Made by a program: the position numbers and the translations under genes. Below the pieces are notes generated by a model, which was not told the origin of the DNA, searched no databases, and saw nothing but the letters and a program-made list of their open reading frames with translations. 64,000 nt of DNA from Octopus sinensis (taxonomy: Eukaryota), in contig NC_043002.1 in NCBI RefSeq assembly GCF_006345805.1, forward strand, positions 97,092,001 to 97,156,000, in the 5' to 3' direction. This document shows positions 1 through 11,645 of this stretch, in pieces; the first letter of the stretch is position 1; every line of letters begins with the position of its first letter.

Positions 1-139
1 TAATGTCAACAAATTTCGTCGCACAATCTGCAACAGAGTCGATGACACGGTTACACTGCAGTTGTTGTAAGAAAAAGTTAGTGACATGTCGTTTGTAGTG
101 TTAGGGACATTTTGGAACCAAATAGTAATTCTTTTGAAT

Positions 140-335
140 TTTGGCACAAGGCCAGAAATTGTGAGAGATAGGGGCGAGTTGACTGCATCAACCCAGGCTA
201 GTACTGGATTTTATTGGCCTCGAAGAAATGAAGGTTACAATCGACCTCAGCAGAATATGAACACAAATGGTAGAGACTGAAAAAATGCTGGCTAGCGTAT
301 TGACCGGCTCGGTAACGGTCCAGGAAGATAGGGTA
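140..335 (-). mobile_element. Degenerate tRNA-derived SINE, family C (head GGCGGCGAGCTGGCAGAA..., tail ...GGCCTTGTGCC)
   Basis: Diverged match to the cleaner copies at 779-1345 and 52700-52905 (GGCACAAGGCC..., GAAATGAAGG..., TCGACCTC). Confidence 0.6.
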
Positions 336-351
336 GCGCCTTTCTTCTTGA

Positions 352-416
<65 letters not shown>

Positions 417-428
417 CAACAACAACAA
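352..428. repeat. (AAT)n/(AAC)n microsatellite
   Basis: Direct reading. Confidence 0.98.
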
Positions 429-429
429 T

Positions 430-730
430 TGGCAAAATGTTGAACCTCAAGATTAAAACAATACCTGTTGTCATAGGTGCCCTAGGAATGAAAGCAAAAG
501 GCACAGATTCCTACCTAGCTCAGATACCAGGAAACCCCAAAATGGCAGAAATTCAAAAGATAAAATACTGTCTATGTAATCTCAAATTTTAAAACAAACA
601 TAATTTTTTGATCCTTAAACATTCTCTAGAACAATACTACGTACAATACCAAATATATGACACCATAGGCATAACATCAACATGGACTTGTAACTTGTTG
701 CCTCTTGATTTGGAGTCAAAAGTCAAACAT
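430..730 (+). mobile_element. 3' fragment of R4/Dong-like RLE non-LTR retrotransposon
   Basis: Translates GKMLNLKIKTIPVVIGALGMKAKGTDSYLAQIPGNPKMAEIQKI (PVVIGALG C-terminal motif of RLE clades); 3' end runs into (AAT)n. Confidence 0.7.
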
Positions 731-778
731 ATAATAATGATAATAATAATAATAATAATAATCTTTTTTCCTACTCTA

Positions 779-1345
779 AGCACAAGGCCCGAAATTTTGG
801 GGGAGGGGGACAGTCGATTAGATCGACCCAAGTATGCAACTGCTACTTAAGTTATCAACCCCGAAAGGATGAAAGGCAAAGTCGAACTCGGCGGAATTTG
901 AACCCACAACGTAATGACAGACGAAATACCTATTCTTTACCACCCACAAGGGGCTAAACACAGAGGGGACTAACAAGGACAGACAAACGGATTAAGTCGA
1001 TTACAACGACCCCAGTGCGTAACTGGTAATTAATTTCTCGACCCCGAAGGGATGAAAGGCAAAGTCGACCTCGGCGGAATTTGAACTCACAACGCAAAGG
1101 CAGACGAAATACCTATTTCTTTATTACCCACAAGGGGCTAAACATAGAGGGGACAAACAAGGACAGGCATAGGTATTAAGTCGATTACAATCGACCCCAG
1201 TGCGTAACTGGTACTTAATTTATCGACCTCGAAAGGATGAAAGGCAAAGTCGACCTCGGCGGAATTTGAACTCAGAACGTAACATCAGACGAAATACCGC
1301 TAAGCATTTCGCCCGGTGTGCTAACGTTTCTGCCGGCACGTCGCC
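779..1345 (-). mobile_element. Head-to-tail trimer of SINE family C cores
   Basis: Three copies of ACCCCGAAAGGATGAAAGGCAAAGTCGACCTCGGCGGAATTTGAAC at ~180-bp period; tRNA-like head with B box GAGTTCAAATTCC on minus. Confidence 0.85.
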
Positions 1346-1926
1346 AATCGGTTGTCAATTGGTGGTAGATGGACAAATATAAAGTGGAACATACGTATAC
1401 TCACACACACACACACACGCACACATACACACATACACACATACACACACACACTTATGTATATGTATGAGATTCCGTGTATCAAGTTCACTCCCAATGC
1501 ATTAGTTGACCCCCGGGTAATAGTAGTAAACGCTCGACCCAGACGCTGCGCAGGGAAACTCAACATGAAACCATGTAGTTGCGAAACGATATTCTTAAGC
1601 ATAGGCATAAACATTAATATTTTGAAACAGCTCGTACGAATTTCTAAAATGTGAGCATTCATTCAGACGCCAAAGACTTTTTTCTTCCTCCTTTCATCTG
1701 AACGGAGACATACGATCGGGAAACACTATCTCAGAGTAAGCATAAAGTGAGACGTGGACTGCGAACAAATATTTATACAATGGACTGCGCCGTATCCGAT
1801 ATCCATTTTATACGTAAATGTATAAAATCAATATGTGTGTGTGTGTGTGTGCGTGCGCGTATGACCATTACATATATATATAACATCACATATAATTATA
1901 CATTTCAAATACTTACTAATATTTTT

Positions 1927-1990
1927 AGATAGATAGATAGATAGATAGATGAATAGATAGATAGATATATAGATAGATAGATAGATAGAC

Positions 1991-2054
<64 letters not shown>

Positions 2055-2055
2055 G

Positions 2056-2096
<41 letters not shown>

Positions 2097-2107
2097 GTAG
2101 ATGGATG

Positions 2108-2168
<61 letters not shown>

Positions 2169-2170
2169 GC

Positions 2171-2218
<48 letters not shown>
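1927..2218. repeat. (GATA)n microsatellite
   Basis: Direct reading. Confidence 0.98.
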
Positions 2219-2219
<1 letters not shown>

Positions 2220-2220
<1 letters not shown>

Positions 2221-3322
2221 GTTTCTTTATTAGCCACACAGGGCTGCACACAGATGGGACAAGTTACAAGGCAGAGCTTTTCTTTTGGGGGATGAAAAAA
2301 ACAGAAAACAAAAGAAACAAAAAAAAATGGGTGGCGTAGGTTTTCGATCAAGAGGGATCGTAAAAGGGAAGAAAAGAACAAAACAAAACAAACAAAAAAA
2401 TAAAATAAAAAATAAAAAAGTAGAAATAAAAAAAGAAAAGGAAAAGGAACAAAAGAAAAGAGAAATGAAAAAAGAAGAAAAAAGGGGAAAAAAGGGGAAG
2501 AGGAAAAAAAACGATCAATAGGGATCGTGTATCACAGTGTTATGATATATGGTGTAAAGGGGAAAGCAAGTAAGGTTTATCCGTGGGAAGAAAAGCCTAC
2601 GAAAAAGTCCACGGTAACCTTGGTCAATATTGTTATATGTTACCACATTTGTTTGCAAGTGGGTAACCCTCTGTTTTCAATTTCTGTGTTCATAGGATTA
2701 TGCTCAAGGTGGCTTCGTCATTCATACGTGCCATCCTTGCTACATTCACCCATCTTTTTTTAAAACATTCGCTAGACAAAACTTGCCTCTCTACTCTCAC
2801 TTTCCTTTTCAAGTGGTACTTGAAGAAGTTGATGAGAGATTGACCAGAGAGGAAAGTGTTTGGCTCCAATCCTTTCAGACGCGTCCACCAGATACATTCT
2901 TTCGCCATAGCCACAAGGATGATGAAAATAGCTCTTCCTTCCCGTTTGAAGGAAGGAGGCGTGACAATATTGACGATAGACTCAGCTGATAAACCGACTC
3001 GTCCCACACGTGACAGCAGTTGTTTGACATAAGCCCACAGGTCGGAAATTGTTGGACACTGCACGAGTGCGTGCAGAACGGTTTCGTCGCTCTGACCGCA
3101 TCTCGGGCAGGTCGGCCCCGTGTTTCTCGAGCCGTGTCTGTAGAGCTTATCCCGAACGGGTAGCGCTTCTCGGTAGCACTGCCAGGCCAGGGATCTCTGG
3201 AAGTTGTCCATGGGCCCTGGCCCGAAAGTCGTCCCGAATAGGCGGGTCAGGTACTCCTCGTCGACGTCCAGGTTCGCCCCGAGCTCGTCGTCGTACCTCC
3301 CCTTCACTAATCCCCTATAGAA
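2220..3322 (-). mobile_element. 5'-truncated Tx1/L1-clade LINE (C-terminal zf-RVT region plus 3' UTR)
   Basis: ORF 2690-3322 with CPRCGQSDETVLHALVQC (CCHC zinc finger of L1/Tx1 ORF2); AATAAA just before the 3' end; (GATA)n on both sides. Confidence 0.85.
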
Positions 3323-3335
3323 GATAGATAGATAG

Positions 3336-3389
<54 letters not shown>
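3323..3389. repeat. (GATA)n microsatellite
   Basis: Direct reading. Confidence 0.98.
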
Positions 3390-3390
<1 letters not shown>

Positions 3391-5207
3391 TGAACCCTGT
3401 CTCAAAAATACTAGGGAAGCCACTTAGTACAAATCCTTCCATAACAATTCTCATTATAAAGCTTCTACGTGGCAGATATTTCGATATAAAATAGCTTGGA
3501 ATATGTTTAAATGATTTTTAATGTTCCTCGGACTTATCTCTCTCTCTCTCTCTCCTTCTCTTCTCTCCTTCCCTTTCTCTCTCTCACTGTCTTTCTATCT
3601 GTCTCTCTGTTTGTCTCTCTTGTTAAAGTTGTTGAATAGACATATCTTCTTTATTTGCTACAATTTCCTGGCATTCTTGCAAATATCTTACTGGGTATAT
3701 ACAGCATTTTTATCCAAGACATAAACTCGTTAATATTTCCAATTACTTTGATAAAATGCCTTCAATTATTTGGCTTGACTTTCCACTCCTCACAATTCCT
3801 CATATGGTTGTTGTTGTCGTGTATAGGCTTAAATAAAACATTTGGAGCGTATTTCAGAAGAGCTCTTTGTATAAGGACGCCATAATATACGAACTGGGCG
3901 TAATTTATTTCACTCACATTTCATAACAATTTCTATGCATATTTGCTTGTATTATATGTGTGTATGAGTGTAACTATAAATGTGTATATATGCATGCATG
4001 TGTGTATGCGTGAGTGTGCGTGTGTATGGGCATAATAACGAATCTTACACTTGATTTAACTTCCACTTTACGATATCCCTAAAGATATTTTCATCAATGC
4101 TATAAAGTGTGATATTGATTTTCTGGAGTAAACTTTATGCAGTATGTTCGCGTTGGTCTATTTTGTTATATTCGTTTTCTTGAAAAAAAAGTTCGTAATG
4201 TGTATATCGATTAAATAAATAAGGTGATTAATTTTGACACGGACTACTTTCTTTTTTATTCTAGTCATATTAACAGCTAAATGTTTCAATGGTGAAACAA
4301 AAGTACATTCTAATTACGGAAATCCTACATTTTCGCTAGTTTTTTTTTTAATTATTGCACAAGATTTTATTGGAAAGTTTTGTATGGACTGAAGCTAATG
4401 TTAGAAATTTTTCAATGCAAAACTAGATATTTTAGAGTTTATTTTTAATGCTGCATCCGTGCTTAGATTTAAGAGCCAAGTTTTGTTCTTTGTACTTTTA
4501 ATATGTTGGAGACGTGGTGTGTTGTTAGGGCAAGCAACCTCCACCTTCATAGGTTATTCGGAATCATTGAGTTTATTGCCCTCAATCTTACTCAAACTTT
4601 TCAGCAGGAAGTAGATTCTAGACGATAGATGCTCTGGCGAGGCAACACTGGGTGTAGTGGTGAGAAATGACTGAGCACAACGTGGGGAAAAGACATGAGT
4701 GAGTCATGAGTGCTTGAAAAGAGATGTCATCAATACAGCTTGTTCCGAAAAAAGATCATTGCAGTATAAAAGATAGAGAAAAGAGTTATACAGTTATAAG
4801 CCAAATCTGTGACATATCATTGAGTGATTTTAGCCTATTAATCGAGAGTTCTTCCTTTAAATTTGATCGAGGATGTCAGTGGGCTGCTGCAATATTGTCC
4901 CAGATATGAGAGTATTACTCCATTGTTGTCATCAGTAGCTGATAATGGAGCGACCGGATGGGCCCTAACTGAATGCTACTCAACTTTAAATGAGGTTTAA
5001 CGATGCTTCTGTGAAATGAGATGTGTGCGCTTGAAGACGAAGAGATATTCACATCAGCAGGGAAACTGATCTCTGTGATGGTACGTAATTTTCTTTTCTC
5101 TCCTAAATCACTATATCAGGCCTGTTATGCTTGTACTAAGTAGAAGTTTTCATAGGAAAGCAATAAACCTTATGGTGATACTTATGCATGTATTCCAGTT
5201 CGATGGA

Positions 5208-5244
<37 letters not shown>

Positions 5245-5251
5245 ATATATA

Positions 5252-5375
5252 TATATCACGTGATCACGTGACCGACCAGACCATCAGATGTTGTTACACA
5301 TCGCTGGTCACAATGCGTTCGCATTGTTTTAGCCTTCGAATGACGCCACCCCGCTGGCTAAGCGAACAGGCTAAT
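5252..5375. repeat. Unclassified short interspersed repeat between (TA)n tracts
   Basis: Discrete, GC-richer block with hairpins ACAATGCG-TT-CGCATTGT and CACGTGATCACGTG; only one copy in this window. Confidence 0.35.
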
Positions 5376-5479
5376 ATATATGTATATATATATATATAAC
5401 AAAGCGGAGTTGTGGGATACCGCACGAGTGGAATTATATACGAAAGAAGGTTTGAAAATGCAATTTAAAAGATATTTAT

Positions 5480-5524
5480 TTACTTTACCGGTTTCACTCT
5501 TTGGAAAAAGATTGTCAAAAGTAA
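5480..5524 (-). ncRNA. Minimal type I hammerhead ribozyme-like motif, U3-A8 core variant, at a Penelope-type element end
   Basis: Minus strand: UUACUU-UUGACAA-U CUUUU UCCA AAGAG U-GAAAC CG GUA-AAGUAA; 6-bp stem I, palindromic ACCGGU stem III, GUA triplet. Confidence 0.6.
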
Positions 5525-6090
5525 CATGTAGAAGTTTGGTTGCGTTAATTATTGGTTGTTACAAATTGATACATTACATATATACAGTCTTTGGTAACAG
5601 GGACATGTTAAGGACATAAAAAAGTTCAACAAGTTCCTTAAAATATTGGGCACAAAAGATTACTACATAAATATTCGTTCTCAAGGACATGCTTAAGATA
5701 TTTTCCAGAAGGAATTGATATTGGTATTGGAATTGTATCTGTATATTCAAACATGCATAGAATATTGGTTGACACAGAGTACTACAATCCATATAAATAT
5801 ACATTCTTTGGTGACAAGAGCATGTTGAGAATATAAAAAAGTTTACCAAGCTTATTGAAATAATGGGCACAAAAGATTACAACAAATATATTATACATTC
5901 TCAAGATAATTTCCAGAAGGAATTATTAAAAAAGTTCAATATACACGTACAGAATATTATGAGTTCAAAAAGATTTACATTATAATAGTAGTGAAGCTAA
6001 AACTGACCTGTCCGCTATGTGTGTATATGTGTGTCCGTTTGTGTGTGTGTGTATGTGTGTGGTTAATGTTTATTAGTGTGTTGCGTGTGC

Positions 6091-6136
<46 letters not shown>

Positions 6137-6139
6137 GGA

Positions 6140-6300
6140 AAGTTTACGAAAATAAACAAAAGACGAAGGCAGGTGGAGTACAAACAAACAAATGTATTAG
6201 TATAGCGCTCAGGAATAGAAAAAGTATTTTACGTTTCGAGCCTGCGCTCATCGACAGAAAGATACACAGAAAAAAAAAACAAAGAGAGAAACGAGGAGTG
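6140..6300 (-). mobile_element. Penelope-type terminal fragment, family G, with hammerhead-like motif at 6225-6262
   Basis: Same sequence family as 17270-17450 and 31305-31465; ends in (TA)n; motif UCUUU-CUGUCGA-U-GAG CGCAGG CUC-GAAAC GUA-AAA. Confidence 0.55.
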
Positions 6301-6317
6301 GAAATATATAGGAAGGG

Positions 6318-6475
6318 TATTTGGCGTTAGGAAGGGCATCCAGCCGTAGAAACACTGCCAGATCTGACTAGGCCTGATGAAGCCTTCTGGCTTCACAGAC
6401 CCCAGTTGAACCGTCCAACCCATGCTAGCATGGAGAGCGGACGCTAAACGATGATCATGATGATGATGATGATGA
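6318..6475 (+). mobile_element. LINE/SINE 3' tail (family E) ending in (ATG)n
   Basis: TGGCGTTAGGAAGGGCATCCAGC...CCATGCTAGCATGG...(GAT)n; second copy inverted at 25758-25910. Confidence 0.65.
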
Positions 6476-6685
6476 TATATATATATGAATAAAAGGAGGG
6501 AGAGAAAGAGATAGGTAGATAGATAGATAGGGTGAGTGAGAGAGAGAGACAATGAGAAATATGTGTAGAGAGATTATTCCATTCATTTCCGTCTTATCTA
6601 AGATGGTAAAACAATCTGTTGTGATTTAATACAAGGGGCTGGAACTAATAAAATAAGACCTATACTGGTTTGCCCTCCAATCGTG

Positions 6686-7112
6686 CTCTTTACTCATTTA
6701 CTCTTTTACTTGTTTCAGTCATTTGATTGTGGCCATGCTGGAGCACCGCCTTTAGTCGAGCAAATCGACCCCAAGACTTATTCTTTGTAAGCCTAGTACT
6801 TATTCTATCGGTCTCTTTTGCCGAACCGCTAAGTTACGGGACACAAACACACCAGCATCGGTTGTCAAGCGATATTGGGGGGTGGGACAAACACAGTCAC
6901 ACAAACACAAACACACACACACACATACACACATATATATATACATATATACGATGGGCTTCTTTCGGTTTCCGTCTACCAAATCCACTCACAACCCTTA
7001 GGTAGGCCTGAGGCTACAGTAGAAGACACTTGCCCAAGGTGCCACGCAGTAGGACTGAACCCGGAACCATGTGGTTGGTAAGCAAGCCACTTACCACACA
7101 GCCACTCCTACG
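6686..7112 (-). mobile_element. tRNA-derived SINE family B (CORE-like; probably octopus OR2-type), full length
   Basis: tRNA-like head GGAGTGGCTGTGTGGTAAG...GGTTCAGTCC, CORE-like CTTGGGCAAGTGTCTT, internal TA/TG microsatellite, (AAGAGTA)n tail; many copies in the window. Confidence 0.85.
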
Positions 7113-7889
7113 ACTATGCAATTCTATATAATGCAGTTCTTTCGGCTATTAAAACCAATCGTAGCATTTGGTAATGAAAACCTCGGTTATCGCACATTTT
7201 CGCCGCTTTTGTTGACGGATGGCAACACCAGTTAAATTTGTGCGTGCTTTTTCCCGTCTGTATCTTTAATATTAGATAACATTATATCCGGTAAACTGGT
7301 TATGCTCGTGTCAGCGCTGAAACGCTTCGTCAAACCCTTCATCTGCATATCATACTCCAAGTGTTGGAGCAACTTGTATGAATGAACAGTTTTCAATAAA
7401 TCATATGCGTTAAAGAAAACTGCTTGAGATATTAAAATTTTCTGACAAATTCAAATGAGAAGAGATTAGCCGAATAAAGTGACCTCACTATTTGAATGGC
7501 ACTTCTCGATCTCCGAAGGATAAACGTAACTGTCGGCTTTGTTAAGATTTAAACTCAGAACATCCATACATAACTAAATTTAGCCAGACATTTTGTGTGA
7601 CGCCCTGCTGATTCAGCCAGTACTATATTTTCTATTTCAGATATTAATAGCAAGCAGTTTTCCTTGTTATATAACGACTGTCTTACGCTATGGGTTGCTG
7701 CAACATTTGTTTTAGGCACACAGCTTGATGTCTGTAACCAAGCAGTTTCATAACTGCTGTTTTCCTTGCGTCAAAAAATTTCCCTGATGTATCATTGTGT
7801 AAACTGGCAGAGATACCCGGCGTTTCTCGGGATTAAAATGGCATAGTTTATAAATAATATATTACAATTATTTAGATTGCTAACCCCAA

Positions 7890-7944
7890 GAATCCGAGTT
7901 CGATTCAAGACAGGGACCTGAATAATAATAATAATAATATAATA

Positions 7945-8017
<73 letters not shown>

Positions 8018-8220
8018 GTAATAATAATAATAATAACATCGAAAAATACCTTAGGAATGAGAACCCAGGTTCGAAATTTCCCCCAAGACACCTGATGAAG
8101 GCTGGAGGGTATATCAGCCGAAACGTTTTGTTAACAACAAACAAGATGAGGACAAATATCCGTCAAATGTAAATAATGTAAATAATGTACATAATTCCTC
8201 ACCTCTTAAATATAGAACTG
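7890..8220 (+). mobile_element. Penelope-type terminal fragment with internal (AAT)n and hammerhead-like motif at 8087-8132
   Basis: GACAC-CUGAUGA-A-GGCUG GAGGGUAUAU CAGCC-GAAAC GUU-UUGUU; short direct-repeat tail (GTAAATAAT)2. Confidence 0.55.
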
Positions 8221-8239
8221 AATATTACAGTTATGTTGA

Positions 8240-9170
8240 AACAGGTGATATGGGCAAGTGCAGCATTGAGTAAATGGAGTAAATGATAGGCTAATTCGAG
8301 TAAGCAATATGTTATACGTCCGATGGGCTAATTCGTCTAAGCAAGATGCTATGCGTCCGTTTGAAGTATTTCAAGCCCTGGCATGTCATGAAAAATTGGG
8401 GGTGGGGGTTATGTGATTTTGAACGCACCGAAAATTTGTCAGTGGATATACTCTCTTTTGCAGCAGTCGGCACACTGTGTCTAACACAACCCATCATCTG
8501 AAATGTTGGCACGTCCTTCGGGTTTGTTTTCTTACACCATTCATAAAGTAAATTTGGAGGAAGTGTGGTTGTTCGTTTGTGTGTAACAGGGAACCAATGA
8601 GGTGATAGACTTGCTTTTGAACTATAACGTCGGCATAAATTCATGTTTTTCTATCTTCTTAGATGCAGCAAACGATGTCATTTGTAATGCAAAGTTGTAT
8701 TGTCTGATACGGTTCAGAAAATCCTTTGACTGGATGGAAGATCCATAAAACGTTGAGAAAGAGCTGGTAGTGCTGGCAATGTTACCTGACCGCCTGAGCA
8801 GCACATACCATTTGTTTCATTTGAAAATTTTAAAGCTCTACAGAAATGACAATTTTCATTTAGCACAGCAAATTGGACAGTTATCATTTTTATAAGAATG
8901 GGATGGATCATATCTGAAAACAGCTTCAGTAATTGTGAAGAACGAATTTGTATGTAGTCTGTTTCTGAGAGCTATTCTATTGAACATCTCTCTCTAATCA
9001 TTAAAATATTGATTTAATGATCCAGCATTAAGTGCTGCAACATGCACTTGCTGATCTTGAGAAAATCTCATCTCGCTTCTCTCTTCAGACTCTCACCTTC
9101 GATTTTCTACAATCCTCCCTGCTTTATACTTGTTTCTGGAAGAGATTACGTCTTTTCTTTGCTGGCATAT
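8240..9170 (-). mobile_element. Decayed Helitron Rep N-terminal region
   Basis: Frameshifted peptides CHFCRALKFSNETNGMCCSGGQVTLPALP and SKDFLNRIRQYNFALQMTSFAA match conserved Helitron Rep N-terminal motifs. Confidence 0.8.
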
Positions 9171-9701
9171 TTTTTTCAATAGTGTAAACAAAAATTATGA
9201 ACATAGAAAGAAATTATACATTAATCCCTATTTTTGTAAGCTGTTGTATGCATGTAGTAGCTTTTTAATTTTGTTATATTCAGTATAAATAAACCAAATA
9301 GACGCACATGTATGAACTGCTAATTTAACGTTAAATGACACAATAATCATTATAGATAAATTTCTTAATATATATATTTTAACCACATATATTAAATGTT
9401 AATTTAAGGGAAAATATATAACTGTAAATACCTTGCAAGTATGCGATAATTATTAACTGATAATTGAAATGTACATGTGTATTTTTATATACCTTGGACC
9501 TGCAACTTCATTGTTTTTTTGTCAAGAGTTTAATCTCCAGCCGTTCTTTATGTCAGTCAAGACATTCACTGATACAATTCTGTTGTGGTGGCTTATTTTG
9601 TGTTTTTCCTGATGATTCCGTAAAAATTTGCTTGAAGAGAGCAGAAATTGAAAGAAGAGAAAGCGAAAAGGACAGAGAGAAAGAAAGTGAAAGATGTATG
9701 T

Positions 9702-9765
<64 letters not shown>

Positions 9766-10025
9766 GTGAGAGAGAGATAAAGAGAGTGAGTAAAGGTGTG
9801 TGTCGTGATGATTGATGTCTTTTAAGGTACACACACACACATAGAAAATGTGACGCCATCGTATAAAAGGTTTACGATAGTTGATTTATGGAAAAAAAAA
9901 ACGATAATGTTAAATTGTTGAAATGCAAATATGTGAATGGAAATTTATTCTAATTTGTAGCCGAAATAGTATTTTTGACACCCAATACGTCAAAATCGGT
10001 AAGTCGGTTTTGGAATGCACAAGTA

Positions 10026-10086
<61 letters not shown>

Positions 10087-10200
10087 CAAAGAGCAATAAA
10101 GATTCAAGTTAATTTTAAAAAATTTACTTGAATATGGTACCTAACTTAGATGCACCAAAAAAAACTATACTGATTTAACAATACAGTAATGTGGGGTGAT

Positions 10201-10278
10201 TATAAGCGAGAAAGAAGCAACAAGAATGGATAGGTATTTAGTACTAAATACCTATCCATTCTTGTTGCTTCTTTCTCG

Positions 10279-10284
<6 letters not shown>
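10201..10284. repeat. Perfect 84-bp zero-spacer palindrome
   Basis: 42-bp arms centred on AGT|ACT (10242/10243), directly followed by (TA)n. Confidence 0.95.
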
Positions 10285-10314
<30 letters not shown>

Positions 10315-11449
10315 ACAGACTTCTTTCAAACTGAAAGTATTATCTCACATTACAATAGAGACATAATACTGAAATAGTGTGTAGGAGATAAGAGATTGCT
10401 CTGGGCTTGCATTAGGCAAGAAGTTGAAAAGAGTTTGGCCCATAACACTGCATTTTATACATAGTAAGGCATGTGTAAAATTTGAATAAAATCGGTTGTG
10501 TAGTTCTCGAGTTTTAGGGATTCACACAGACAGGTAGACATGCTTATTTTTATATATGCAAGTTACCGCCCCTTGTGCCGTCTGACATGTTTGTTTATAT
10601 TCACGAGTGCTCGTTTTCCGTGTTTTAATTTTTAGTATAAAATATTAAAAAATATATGTATCTTCCTAATTTTTTCCATACTTCATTTATTTTGGAGATA
10701 TTTCGTATTTTTCCTATTTTTTAAATTAGAAATTAGGCGTCATATTCTTGGAGAGGTGCGCATCTAAAGAAGCGCCGAAAATTGTACGCGTACCGTTGCA
10801 TAGACGTGGTGGGTTCAAATCCTAGGAGAATTCAGAGTAGTAGTCTATTTATTTTGGGGCGCGGAATTTCCAAGAAAAAATATTTTTAAAAAACCGTCCT
10901 AAGTCAAAGAGGGCGCACATGTCAAATTTTGTGAAACTCGGCTGAAAATTGAAGGAGTAGAAGTGGTTCACACAACACACAGACAAATTGCCTTTTAATA
11001 TATAAAATACACACGAGAAATTCAAAAGTTAATCTAGAGGTTAGAGCATTGTACACAAAATCGAAAGGCCGTGGTGTCGAATTTTAGCCCGGGTAGTACG
11101 TTATACAAATACAACTCATTCTACCTCTTTCCTATTCACGCAGTTGTGAATAAGTGACCCTATAACGGACCGGTGTCCTGCTCAGGGTAGATATAATGAT
11201 CTTGGTCACTTAGACGCGATGGAAACCGGTTAACCAGCCTTATGACTTCTGAACGCGATGCAATAATGTCCAGGGGATACATTGTATCGTGGTAGATATT
11301 AAAGCTTAAAATCTATGCAATAGAGAAGAATGCTGTCGCTTATATCTTAACTTTACGAGTAAAATATCTATGAGACCTTACTTTGGACATTCACCAACAA
11401 ATTGGTAACATTATGTGTGCGTCATAAATCAATATGGACGGTGAGCTGA

Positions 11450-11645
11450 TAAGTTCGTTAGCACACCGGACAAAATGCTGAGCGACATTTCCTCCGGTTC
11501 TTTACATTCTGAGTTCAAACTCTGCTTAGGTCAACATTACCTTTCATTCTTTCGAGCTCGAAAAGATAAGTACCAGTTGAGCTCTGGGGCCGATCTAATC
11601 GGCTATCCCCTTTCTCACAACAATTCAGGCCTTGTGGCTACAGTA
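11450..11645 (+). mobile_element. SINE family C, diverged, sense orientation
   Basis: GGTGAGCTG...GTTAGCAC...GAGTTCAAAC...CCTTTCATTCTTTCG...GGCCTTGTGGC. Confidence 0.75.

Noticed and set aside
6384-6410. CTGATGA followed by the hairpin AGCC-TTCT-GGCT
   Set aside because: No GAAA or stem III follows; it is part of a LINE/SINE tail.
10440-11010. Helentron/DINE-like ends (AAAATCGGTTG...CACACAGACA...TTTTATATA)
   Set aside because: The resemblance is plausible, but the boundaries and diagnostic inverted repeats could not be defined.
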